In this document: piece after piece, positions 1 to 8,764 of the stretch
Layout of the letters: the number at the start of each line of letters is the position of its first letter
Numbering within the stretch: position 1 is the first letter of the stretch
DNA from: Patescibacteria group bacterium
GTDB taxonomy: Bacteria > Patescibacteriota > Microgenomatia > UBA8517
DNA length: 64,000 bases
NCBI GenBank assembly: GCA_036381415.1
Contig: DASVCV010000001.1
Location: 1,411-65,410 of the forward strand
Direction of reading: 5' to 3'
Translations under genes and position numbers: made by a program
The notes under the pieces: model-generated
The model's input: only the letters and a program-made list of their open reading frames with translations
What the model was told of the DNA's origin: nothing
Database searches by the model: none

Positions 1-1
1 T

Positions 2-706
2 ATTGAAGCAAGAACAGGAAGAGCTATAAACCTGGCACTTGCTGGAAGAGACGCTCCAGGCAGATATCCACTTGATACGATTGATGTTTTTGAGGCAAGT
101 CAAATTGCAAGTCCAACTCCTACTGGTACAGGGACTGCTACTCCTACTCCTACTTCTTCTCCAACACCAACCCCAGTGGTTCAAGCAACGCCTACCCCAA
201 CTCCTGTAGTTCAGGCAACACCCACTCCAACTGGAAGTGAATCACCGACTGCTACATTTATACTTGCATCAGCTTCTACTCAAACAAGTGGTTGTACAGG
301 ACTTACGGCAACCCCAAACAAGGGAGTAGTTCCTTTAAATGTTAATTTTACAGGACAGGGATTTGACCAAGGAAGATCAATATCAATGTATGAGTTTGAT
401 TTTGGAGACTCATCCGGAGGACAGCTAAAACTTATAAGACAGGCAAGTGCAGCAGCAAGCCACAGATACTATAATCCCGGAACATACACTGCAACACTTA
501 AAGTATTAACATCAAGCGGCCAGTGGGTAGGGGGAGCAGGATGTAGTGTAACAATTGCTACAACTGGAGCAACTGGAGTGGTTGAAGGAGTATCAACTGC
601 AACAACCCTTCCTCAGACTGGACCAGCTGAAAATATTGCAGCTATATCAGTTATAGTTGGAGCAGCAGGATTCTACATTAACAAACACTTCAAGAGATTA
701 GTATAA
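2..706 (+). CDS. Cell-surface protein with P/T-rich linker, PKD domain and C-terminal LPxTG-type sorting signal (5' truncated by window edge)
   Basis: Frame is open from position 2. PTPTP repeats, PKD signature (YEFDFGD...HRYYNPGTYTATLKV), then LPQTG, a hydrophobic helix and a basic tail (KHFKR). Confidence 0.75.
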   Translation: MEARTGRAINLALAGRDAPGRYPLDTIDVFEASQIASPTPTGTGTATPTPTSSPTPTPVVQATPTPTPVVQATPTPTGSESPTATFILASASTQTSGCTGLTATPNKGVVPLNVNFTGQGFDQGRSISMYEFDFGDSSGGQLKLIRQASAAASHRYYNPGTYTATLKVLTSSGQWVGGAGCSVTIATTGATGVVEGVSTATTLPQTGPAENIAAISVIVGAAGFYINKHFKRLV

Positions 707-741
707 AAAAAGAAAAGTCAGAAGAGATTATAAATTTAAAT

Positions 742-1227
742 TTAGAAGTTTAAATCAGCACAGGAAACATAAACTTGTGCTTGGGTTGCTGACTTGTGTA
801 CATTTACAGCAAGCTTTCCTAATGCTTTTAATTTGTCAAAAGTCGTATCAAGAGTTGTTTGGGAAGTTCCATTTACTGGGGACTTTAAAGGAAACTTAAT
901 TGCTCCTGGGTTTGGACAACTACCTAAGTGGATATGAGCTGGCTGAGAAACTCCAGCTGGTGCTCCAGTTAAATTAAGGCTCACCAATATTTTTCCATCT
1001 ACTTCTTTAAGAACTGCGGTTCCTTTTTCATTAGAACCGTTTTGGGCATCAAGGTTTACAGTAAGGGTTTTAAGTCCTGGGACAAAAGAAGAGTTAATTT
1101 TATTTGATCCATATGAGAAAAGAGCAAATGCACCAACAAGAAGGGCTGCCATGGCAGCTAGCATCATGAGATTTATATCTGCCATCTGACGCTTTGAGTG
1201 GTGTACTTTTTTTGATCTTTTTGCCAT
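742..1227 (-). CDS. Membrane-anchored CHRD-like domain protein
   Basis: N-terminal TM helix; PAHIHxGSC and AVNVH motifs; terminal Cys. Confidence 0.6.
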   Translation of the reverse strand: MAKRSKKVHHSKRQMADINLMMLAAMAALLVGAFALFSYGSNKINSSFVPGLKTLTVNLDAQNGSNEKGTAVLKEVDGKILVSLNLTGAPAGVSQPAHIHLGSCPNPGAIKFPLKSPVNGTSQTTLDTTFDKLKALGKLAVNVHKSATQAQVYVSCADLNF

Positions 1228-1324
1228 ATATTCAGTATGAAGATTAATGATCTATGGTGTCAAGTGTTAAAAGATTAAGGTAGAGCTTGGTCATTTGACT
1301 AGGAATTGGTAGAATGGAATATTA

Positions 1325-2509
1325 ATGTTAGGAAAACTTTTAGTTATTATTCTTCTTGTTCTTTTACTGGCAGGGGGTATTGCAGGATTTATCTTTTACA
1401 GAAAAAACTTTTCAGGAATCTGGCCGGCTGTTAATCCTCCTAGTTCTGATATTACCCAGGCAATTAATACTGCTACAAATAATCCAGGAGAAAATAATAG
1501 TAATTTCCCTTTACAAATACCAGCTAATATGACATTAACTATCTTTGCAAAAGATCTGGTTGCACCCAGAGTGATGGTAAGAGATCAAAGTGGAAACATA
1601 TTAGTCAGCATTACTTCAGAAGGGAAAGTTGTTGGCATATCAGCAGATGGTAGCAAAAAAACTACTATTGTGAGTGGATTAACTCAGCCACACGGTCTTG
1701 CTTTTCTTTGCCACAACCAGTGTTCACTCTATATTGCAGAAACCAATCAGGTTAACTCATATGATTATGATGCAACTTCAATGAGTGTTTCTAACAAAAA
1801 GAAAATACTTGATCTATCAGGAGGAGGATTTCATTTTACAAGAACTATCCTTTTTAACAACAAAAACCAGCTTTTGGTTTCTATCGGATCTGACTGCAAT
1901 GTTTGTGATGAAAAAAACCCTCAAAGAGCAGCAATTTGGATTGCAGATTCTGATGGAAGCAATTTTAGACCTTATGCAACTGGACTTCGTAATTCTGTTT
2001 TTATGGAAGCAAATCCTAATAATGGTGAAGTGTGGGCAACGGAGATGGGAAGGGACTATTTAGGAGATGATTTGCCTCCTGATGAAATTAATATAATTAA
2101 TGATGGAAAAAATTATGGGTGGCCTAGGTGCTATGGAAAAGGAAACCATGATACAAATTTTGATCCAAAAGGAGCTATAGATTCCTGCAACGAAACTGAG
2201 CCTTCTTTTATAGACTTACCAGCACACTCTGCTCCTTTGGGGTTAGCTTTTTGGCAAAATTCTTTACTTGTTTCATTCCATGGTTCTTGGAATAGAAGCA
2301 CTCCAACAGGATATAAAGTTGTTAAAATAACAGGAGACTGCATTACAAAAAGTGATTCCAAGGCATCTTGTAAAATTGAAGACTTTATAACTGGTTGGCT
2401 AAAACCTGGAGGAGCTGTAGGACGACCAGTTGATTTATTAGTAGATGGAAAAAAAATATTTATATCAGATGATAAGTCAGGAGTTATATATTTACTAACT
2501 CAAAAATAA
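1325..2509 (+). CDS. PQQ-dependent sugar/sorbosone dehydrogenase family beta-propeller
   Basis: N-terminal anchor; GLRN, P(P)DEIN, NYGWP, HSAPLG, HGSWNR and GRPVD motifs. Confidence 0.85.
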   Translation: MLGKLLVIILLVLLLAGGIAGFIFYRKNFSGIWPAVNPPSSDITQAINTATNNPGENNSNFPLQIPANMTLTIFAKDLVAPRVMVRDQSGNILVSITSEGKVVGISADGSKKTTIVSGLTQPHGLAFLCHNQCSLYIAETNQVNSYDYDATSMSVSNKKKILDLSGGGFHFTRTILFNNKNQLLVSIGSDCNVCDEKNPQRAAIWIADSDGSNFRPYATGLRNSVFMEANPNNGEVWATEMGRDYLGDDLPPDEINIINDGKNYGWPRCYGKGNHDTNFDPKGAIDSCNETEPSFIDLPAHSAPLGLAFWQNSLLVSFHGSWNRSTPTGYKVVKITGDCITKSDSKASCKIEDFITGWLKPGGAVGRPVDLLVDGKKIFISDDKSGVIYLLTQK

Positions 2510-2533
2510 TTGATCAAGTGGAGGTGATTAAAA

Positions 2534-2965
2534 TTGCTAGATAACATAAGAAGAAATCCTTTAATACTTGGTGCAATTGCAGTTTTTCTTGCACTTGTTG
2601 GAATTGTGTCAGTATTTATAAGTAGAAATGCTGGACCTTTTATTTCACCACAGAATGCTGGGAATACAAAAATTGAGACTCAGCCGGGAACTACTAATCC
2701 CAACAACACTATAAGCGCCAAGAATACAGTTGACATTAAAAATTTTTCATTTAGCATTTCCACTTTGACTGTAAAAAAGGGGGATACAGTAACTTGGACA
2801 AATAGCGACAGTTCGGTTCACACTGCAACAGCAGATGATGGGACTTTTGATACAGGAAGTATTAATCCGGGAAGCAGTCAAACAGTAACATTTACCAAGA
2901 GTGGAACTTATACCTATCATTGCTCTGTGCATCCCATGATGAAGGGGACTATTGTAGTCCAGTAA
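2534..2965 (+). CDS. Membrane-anchored cupredoxin (plastocyanin/amicyanin-like)
   Basis: GDTVTWTN, HTAT, YHCSVHPMMKG give the H/C/H/M type-1 Cu ligands; SD GGAGGTGA at 2520-2527. Confidence 0.85.
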   Translation: MLDNIRRNPLILGAIAVFLALVGIVSVFISRNAGPFISPQNAGNTKIETQPGTTNPNNTISAKNTVDIKNFSFSISTLTVKKGDTVTWTNSDSSVHTATADDGTFDTGSINPGSSQTVTFTKSGTYTYHCSVHPMMKGTIVVQ

Positions 2966-3051
2966 GAAGTAAAATTTCTTGGCACCCCTGCGTGTTGTAA
3001 GACAGTAGGTCAACTGTTGATAATCAGCTTCGGAAAGGCTAAAATGAATAT

Positions 3052-3070
3052 AGCCAAAAAGGCTTTTTTT
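3052..3070 (+). terminator. Weak intrinsic terminator-like hairpin upstream of gyrA
   Basis: AGCC-AAAAA-GGCT followed by a T-run; stem only 4 bp. Confidence 0.35.
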
Positions 3071-3086
3071 ATTGCTTTTAAATTAT

Positions 3087-5690
3087 ATGGATATTGGAAA
3101 AATACAACCAACAGAGATAACTACAGAACTATCTAGAAGCTATCTAGATTATGCAATGAGCGTCATTGTTGCACGCGCTCTTCCTGATATTAGGGATGGA
3201 TTAAAGCCAGTACACAGAAGAATTTTGTATGCCATGCAACAAATGGGTCTTCTTACTTCGGGACACACTAAAAGCGCCAAGGTAGTCGGAGAAGTTTTAG
3301 GAAAGTACCATCCTCATGGAGATATTGCTTTATATGACACTTTAGCTAGAATGGCACAGGATTTCTCAATGAGATATCCGTTAGTTGATGGGCAAGGAAA
3401 CTTTGGAAGTATTGATGGAGATCCTCCTGCTGCTATGAGGTATACAGAGGTAAAGCTTGCAAAAATTTCAGGATATCTTCTTTCTGATATTGAAAAGGAA
3501 ACAGTTGATTTTACAGACAACTTTGATGCCACTTTAAAAGAGCCTCTTGTTCTTCCTGCTCTTCTTCCAAATTTGCTTCTAATGGGGTCTGAGGGAATTG
3601 CAGTTGGAATGGCTACTAAAATCCCACCTCATAACTTAGGCGAAGTAATTGATGCAGTTGTTGCAGCAATTAAAAAAGGAAAACCAATCGTTGATGAGCA
3701 AAAGCATGAAGAAGAAAGCGATTTCTTTATTAAAAGAATTGAGTTAATTGCAGCTGGAGAGAAAAAAGAATTGAGCCAGGAAGAAATACATCCAACTTCA
3801 GTTTCTTTTGAAAGCCCAATAACAATTGAGGAATTGGCAGAATTTATTCAAGGACCAGATTTTCCAACAGGAGGAGCAATATATGATGCCAAATCTTTAG
3901 TAGATGTATATGCAACAGGACGTGGCAAAATTAGTGTACGTGGTATCGCAACCATTAAAGAAGGAGATAAAGGGAAGATGCAGATTATTATTTCTGAGAT
4001 TCCTTACCAGGTAAATAAAAGTTTGCTTGTAGCTCAGATTGCAGATTTGGTACGCGAAAAGAAAATTGTAGGAATATCTAATCTAAGGGATGAGTCAGAC
4101 AAAGACGGTCTTACTATTGCAATTGATTTAAAAAGAGATGCAAAACCAAAATCTGTTCTTAACAATCTTTACAAACACACAAGACTTCAAATTTCATTCC
4201 CTGCAAACTTTGTTGCCTTAATTGACGGGACTCCATATACAGTCAACTTAAAACAAATAATTATAGAGTACATTAAACACAGACAAAAAGTTGTAGTTAG
4301 ACGCACACTTTTTGATTTAACAGCAGCCAAAAAAAGAGCACATATTTTAGAAGGGTTAAAAATAGCCCTTGATAACTTGGATGCTGTTATTAAAACAATT
4401 AGAGCTTCTAAAACCCAAGATGAAGCAAAAGTAAACTTGGTTAAGAAATTTGAATTAAGTGAAATTCAGGCAACTGCAATTTTGGATATGCAGCTAAGAA
4501 GACTTGCTGCTTTGGAAAGAGACAAAATTGAAGCAGAGTATCAGGAAATGAAGAAAAGGATTGATGAGCTTACTTTTATACTTAAAAATCCACAAAAGGT
4601 ATTAGATATTATTGTTGATGAAGTAACAGAGTTAAAAGAAAAGTATGGAGATAAAAGACAGACAAAAATCTACAAACAAAAAATAGGGGAGTTTAGTGAA
4701 GAAGACTTGGTTGCAAAAGAAGAAACCTTAATTGCAGTTACTAAAACTGGATACATTAAAAGAGTTGCAATGAATGCATTTAGAGCGCAAAAAAGAGGCG
4801 GGAAAGGAGTTCTTGGAATGACAACAAAAGAAGAAGATGAAATACAACACCTTATCTCTTCTTCAACCCATGACACAATATTATTCTTTACAGATAGAGG
4901 AAGAGTTTTTGGAACAAAAGCCTGGGACATTCCAGAAGGATCTAGACAAGCCAAAGGACAGGCACTTGTTAATATTATTAATCTAGAACAGGGAGAACAA
5001 ATTAAATCAATACTTCCTGTTAATGGAAAAGGAAGCCACTTAATTATGGCTACAGCAAAAGGCAATATTAAAAAGACAAAGTTGGGAGAATTTTCAAACT
5101 TAAGAGCAAACGGGCTAATTGCAATTAAGATGGATAAAACAGACAGTCTGGTTACTGTACAAGCAACAAGCGGTGAAGACTATGTACTTCTTCTTACTAA
5201 GCAAGGGAAAGCAATAAAGTTTAATGAAAAGGATGTAAGACCAATGGGAAGAGCAACAACTGGAGTAAGAGGAATAAGACTTGAAGCCCAAGATCAACTT
5301 ATCGGCATGGAAGTGTTTCCCAAAAAGGAACCAGTAGTGGAAGATAAACGCAAGAAAGTATTTAGAGATATACTTACAATTTCTGAAAGAGGACTTGGAA
5401 AAAGAACTGGGGTGCATTTATTCCCAGCACAAAAAAGAGGAGGAAAGGGAGTTAAGGCTGCAGTTGTTACAACTAAAACTGGACCATTGGCATCAGCAAT
5501 CATGGTAACTGCCAATATTGGACAGATAATAATGACAAGTAAGTATGGGCAAGTGGTGAGACTAACATTAAAAGAAATTCCACAGCTTGGAAGGGCAACT
5601 CAAGGAGTAATATTAATGAGATTTGCAGACAAGACAGATTGTGTTGCAGCAGTTACACCTTTAGAGAAAACTTCAGAAGAAGAGGAATAA
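3087..5690 (+). CDS. gyrA: DNA gyrase subunit A
   Basis: [20 protein letters not shown] catalytic Tyr, GyrA-box QKRGGKG and beta-pinwheel CTD; ATG 3087 preferred over TTG 3072. Confidence 0.98.
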   Translation: MDIGKIQPTEITTELSRSYLDYAMSVIVARALPDIRDGLKPVHRRILYAMQQMGLLTSGHTKSAKVVGEVLGKYHPHGDIALYDTLARMAQDFSMRYPLVDGQGNFGSIDGDPPAAMRYTEVKLAKISGYLLSDIEKETVDFTDNFDATLKEPLVLPALLPNLLLMGSEGIAVGMATKIPPHNLGEVIDAVVAAIKKGKPIVDEQKHEEESDFFIKRIELIAAGEKKELSQEEIHPTSVSFESPITIEELAEFIQGPDFPTGGAIYDAKSLVDVYATGRGKISVRGIATIKEGDKGKMQIIISEIPYQVNKSLLVAQIADLVREKKIVGISNLRDESDKDGLTIAIDLKRDAKPKSVLNNLYKHTRLQISFPANFVALIDGTPYTVNLKQIIIEYIKHRQKVVVRRTLFDLTAAKKRAHILEGLKIALDNLDAVIKTIRASKTQDEAKVNLVKKFELSEIQATAILDMQLRRLAALERDKIEAEYQEMKKRIDELTFILKNPQKVLDIIVDEVTELKEKYGDKRQTKIYKQKIGEFSEEDLVAKEETLIAVTKTGYIKRVAMNAFRAQKRGGKGVLGMTTKEEDEIQHLISSSTHDTILFFTDRGRVFGTKAWDIPEGSRQAKGQALVNIINLEQGEQIKSILPVNGKGSHLIMATAKGNIKKTKLGEFSNLRANGLIAIKMDKTDSLVTVQATSGEDYVLLLTKQGKAIKFNEKDVRPMGRATTGVRGIRLEAQDQLIGMEVFPKKEPVVEDKRKKVFRDILTISERGLGKRTGVHLFPAQKRGGKGVKAAVVTTKTGPLASAIMVTANIGQIIMTSKYGQVVRLTLKEIPQLGRATQGVILMRFADKTDCVAAVTPLEKTSEEEE

Positions 5691-5692
5691 AG

Positions 5693-5953
5693 TTAACAAC
5701 GGTTTAGAAAATAAACTGCATAATATACACCATTTATATCAATGTAGGGATAACTGGTATTACCGCAATCTTCATTTAAGAAACTCACTGAATACTTTTG
5801 GTTGTGGGGTATTATTTCCTTCTCTAGAAGATAATTCAAAACCATTTCTGCCTCGCGTGCAATAATTAATCGGCCTATTTTGTCTTCTACAATGGATTTG
5901 ATATTAACGCTTGGACCTACTTGAATTATGATGCTACTATTTTCAGCACTCAT
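5693..5953 (-). CDS. Hypothetical protein
   Basis: 86-aa ORF with extended -10 TGCTACAAT 6 nt before ATG 5953. Confidence 0.5.
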   Translation of the reverse strand: MSAENSSIIIQVGPSVNIKSIVEDKIGRLIIAREAEMVLNYLLEKEIIPHNQKYSVSFLNEDCGNTSYPYIDINGVYYAVYFLNRC

Positions 5954-6013
5954 TAGGGGATTGTAGCACAAGTATAATAATTTTTGGATGACTTTTTGTA
6001 TTTGAAGAATTAG

Positions 6014-6958
6014 CTATTTACTTCTTCCATGGAAGCTTTGATGTATATCTTTTAACTGTTTATTAGTTACATGGGTGTATATCTGGGTTGTAGACACATT
6101 TTTATGTCCTAACATTTCCTGGACACTTCTTAAGTCTGCACCTGCCATGAGGAGATCTGTTGCAAAACTGTGTCTAAGGACATGAGGTGTAGCTTCAACT
6201 GGAAGTTTTACTTTTTTAACATATTTTTTTACCATTCTTTGAATTGATCGGGGAGTAAGACGCATTTTTTCATCTGGTGTTGTTGGATCGATATTCCCCT
6301 TATGTCTAACAAACAAAGGCTTATAATGGTCTTCTCTTGCTCTTAAGTAAATTTTTAGCCAATCAGCAGCCCTTGTTGAAAGAAATACAACCCTTGCTCT
6401 ACCTCCTTTTCCTACAACTCCAAACTCACGCCTTTCCAGGTCTACCTTTTCTTTATCTAATTTAGTCAGCTCTGAGACACGAAGTCCAGTTGAAAATAAA
6501 ACTTCTAAAATTGCCTTATCTCTTTTTCCCTGTATTGTTGATAGGGTAGGGGCATTAAGAAGTCTGTCTACATTTTCCCCTGTTAGAAACTTTACCTGCC
6601 TGTCTTCAATTTTTGGCAAATCTATTTTTTCAGGAGAAATAACTTGGAAATCATGCTTAATCAGCCACTTTAAAAAAGATCTTAGAGCTATTACATGGTA
6701 GCCTTGAGTCTTTTTGGTTAAGACTCCTCCTTTTCCATCAGGAAGCTCAGAAAGATATGCTCTATAGTCACTAATTGTAGATTGGTCTATGTTTTCCAGA
6801 GTTTTAGATTCGCCAACCCAGTTTGAAAAGCGGGTCAAATAGTGTTTGTAGTTTCTAATTGTGAGGGGAGAGGAGGCTTTTTCTACTTGAAGGTACTTTA
6901 AAAATTCGTCAATTTTTCGGTCAAGGTCGGTAAGTGGCTTTGTTTGGGCAGAGTCCAT
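6014..6958 (-). CDS. xerC: XerC/XerD-like tyrosine recombinase
   Basis: N-terminal SAM-like domain; TGLRVSEL, GKGGRAR, HVLRHSFAT and LGH...TTQIYTH (R-K-H-R-H-Y tetrad intact). The C/D/A subtype cannot be resolved by eye. Confidence 0.92.
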   Translation of the reverse strand: MDSAQTKPLTDLDRKIDEFLKYLQVEKASSPLTIRNYKHYLTRFSNWVGESKTLENIDQSTISDYRAYLSELPDGKGGVLTKKTQGYHVIALRSFLKWLIKHDFQVISPEKIDLPKIEDRQVKFLTGENVDRLLNAPTLSTIQGKRDKAILEVLFSTGLRVSELTKLDKEKVDLERREFGVVGKGGRARVVFLSTRAADWLKIYLRAREDHYKPLFVRHKGNIDPTTPDEKMRLTPRSIQRMVKKYVKKVKLPVEATPHVLRHSFATDLLMAGADLRSVQEMLGHKNVSTTQIYTHVTNKQLKDIHQSFHGRSK

Positions 6959-7011
6959 ACTAATAACTTGTAATTAATATTATTTAAACTAACATTAATT
7001 TTTCTAAATTC

Positions 7012-7040
7012 AGTCTATAATCTCAAAAGGCAGTTGTCAA
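7012..7040 (-). promoter_or_regulatory. Sigma70-type promoter of xer
   Basis: Minus strand TTGACA (7040-7035), 17-nt spacer, TAGACT (7017-7012). Confidence 0.7.
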
Positions 7041-7492
7041 TATTGTGCGACATCTATTAGCTATTAAAAGCTAAGGAGTTTGTACAGTCAATATTAGCAC
7101 TCTATTTTTAGAAGATAAACGACTTCTTGTATTTATTAACACCCTATGCACTTATGTGTCTTATAAAGGCATTTACCTTCCTTAGCCTGACATCACCAAA
7201 TGCGTTTTAAGGCCTGTCATTTTCGAAAGACGACATATTAGTCGTCTAAGTGATAATCCCGTATTTTCGGGCCAATCACTTAACGGGGGAGAAGAGTGGT
7301 TCCATAGAGAAGCGGGCTAGATAGGCAGTGAGGCTAAATAGGCTTAAACCGAAATAAAAGGCGAATATTTTTTAATTTTGGTCCAAAATCAAAGAAATAA
7401 AGGTGTGTTTGAAACCTGTTACGAAGACTGCAAAATTGTTCTATGACAACAAATCTTATTAGAACCACTACACTCTGCACAGTAAATATAGT

Positions 7493-7520
7493 ACGTCGCA
7501 AAAGTATCATTGTGCGACAG
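7493..7520. other. Probable dif (Xer recombination) site
   Basis: ACGTCGCAAAA-GTATCA-TTGTGCGACAG: 11-6-11 architecture, arms 8/11 complementary, about 0.5 kb from xer in gene-free DNA. Confidence 0.6.
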
Positions 7521-7957
7521 TATAATTAAAGTACTCTGTTAGGTATCTAGTACCCATTTTTCTTTTATTAGACTTCGTGTAATGACTTACAAGGGCATCA
7601 AACTATCTTGGTCTTATGATTAAACCTACTCCTCTAAGGGAGTATGTGTCTTATGTTCCTACTAATAGCGCTTATTAGGCTCGTTTTATTCGTAAGTGCA
7701 GCACTTTAAGGGAGCTTATGTTGACGTATATAGAGAAAAGGTGTGTAAGAATTGTGAGGAAAATGCGTCGCTATTTCTTATTTTTGTGCCTAGTAACTAT
7801 ATCAAAGCATAACAGATTTTAAGTTTTGATTTCGTGAAAATAACCTATAATATTTGTGAAAACCTCTCCTCTTTCTCAACCATACCACTATTAAATTATA
7901 GGATATTATAGCCTCCTCCCCTGCTCTAGAGGTATCTGTCTTTTTTTTGCGGAATTT

Positions 7958-7985
7958 AAAAAAAATTAGCTTCAAGTTGAGGCTA
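7958..7985 (-). terminator. Intrinsic terminator after yebC and the membrane protein gene
   Basis: Minus strand TAGCCTCAA-C-TTGAAGCTA hairpin followed by A and T8. Confidence 0.55.
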
Positions 7986-7990
7986 GCCGT

Positions 7991-8764
7991 TTAGCCCCAG
8001 TGTGTTGCAAAAAGCATTGTTATAAATACTACTAAGCCTACTGTGAGGTATTCCCTAACTGTAGCCTTAAATAGCCTCCCTTCGAGCTTGGCTTGGCCTA
8101 AACCTAAGAGCATATAAACTCCTACTGTTAAGAAAAGGGAGCCTACCACAACTGTTACTGGCCAGAAGAAAAGAAGCACTGCAATTTCCCCTATCCCCAA
8201 ACTTGAGATGAGTGTATAGAAAAAAGTTTTACTAGCTAAAATATTTTTTTGTTCCAAGACGCTAATCCAAAACCCTTGAAGGAAAAGGGCAAATGAAGAA
8301 GCAACAACCCCTAAGGTTGTAATCCAAATTTGCGCTTTGATGGAAAGAATTGCATCAAAAAGAAGAAATGAGGTAAGAAGAGTTAATACAAATCCAACTC
8401 CCCTAGCTGCTCTTACCAATGCAATTGTTCTAACTGCTGAAACTGTAAAAATGTTTGATGTTAGACAAAGTGCATATATTCCCAATCCAAAAAGAATTAC
8501 AACTGGAATTCTGGCAAAGATAGTAGCAGGAAGAAGGAACCAAAAAGTTCCTACTCCTAAGGTATAAAGAGCAGGAAGAACAAGAGTTAAAAGCGTCCAG
8601 TTCCTACCTAGGCCCTCCCAGAGCGACCAAACAAAAAGAACAACAGTCAATAGAGTTAAAACTCCAATTGCTAAAAAGCGGTAATTATTATCTAGAAAGT
8701 TAATACCTATAAAGCCAAGTGAAAGTATAAGGGAGGTAAAAACAAATTTTTGTCTTTTTGTCAT
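7991..8764 (-). CDS. Polytopic membrane protein (possibly DUF5656-like)
   Basis: About 8-9 hydrophobic helices; coupled to yebC by TAATG overlap. Confidence 0.6.
   Translation of the reverse strand: MTKRQKFVFTSLILSLGFIGINFLDNNYRFLAIGVLTLLTVVLFVWSLWEGLGRNWTLLTLVLPALYTLGVGTFWFLLPATIFARIPVVILFGLGIYALCLTSNIFTVSAVRTIALVRAARGVGFVLTLLTSFLLFDAILSIKAQIWITTLGVVASSFALFLQGFWISVLEQKNILASKTFFYTLISSLGIGEIAVLLFFWPVTVVVGSLFLTVGVYMLLGLGQAKLEGRLFKATVREYLTVGLVVFITMLFATHWG

Noticed and set aside
110-235. P/T-coding repeats as a functional DNA repeat array
   Set aside because: Explained by a low-complexity protein linker with synonymous variation
2981-3030. HDV-like ribozyme or known riboswitch in the gyrA leader
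   Set aside because: CAC-CCCTGC-GTG resembles a P3 hairpin, but no matching P1/P2 pairing could be found
5429-5450. Second GyrA-box QKRGGKG as a novelty
   Set aside because: GyrA-box-like copies in other CTD blades are common
7094-7120. CIRCE element
   Set aside because: Only the left half TTAGCACTC is present; no GAGTGCTAA at N9 and no chaperone gene nearby
6959-7990. oriC
   Set aside because: No cluster of DnaA boxes (one 8/9 match near 7855); gene orientation converges rather than diverges here
6959-7990. CRISPR array, tmRNA, RNase P RNA or integron cassette array
   Set aside because: No regularly spaced identical repeats, no hallmark motifs recognised, no cassette ORFs, and the recombinase lacks the long integron-integrase insertion
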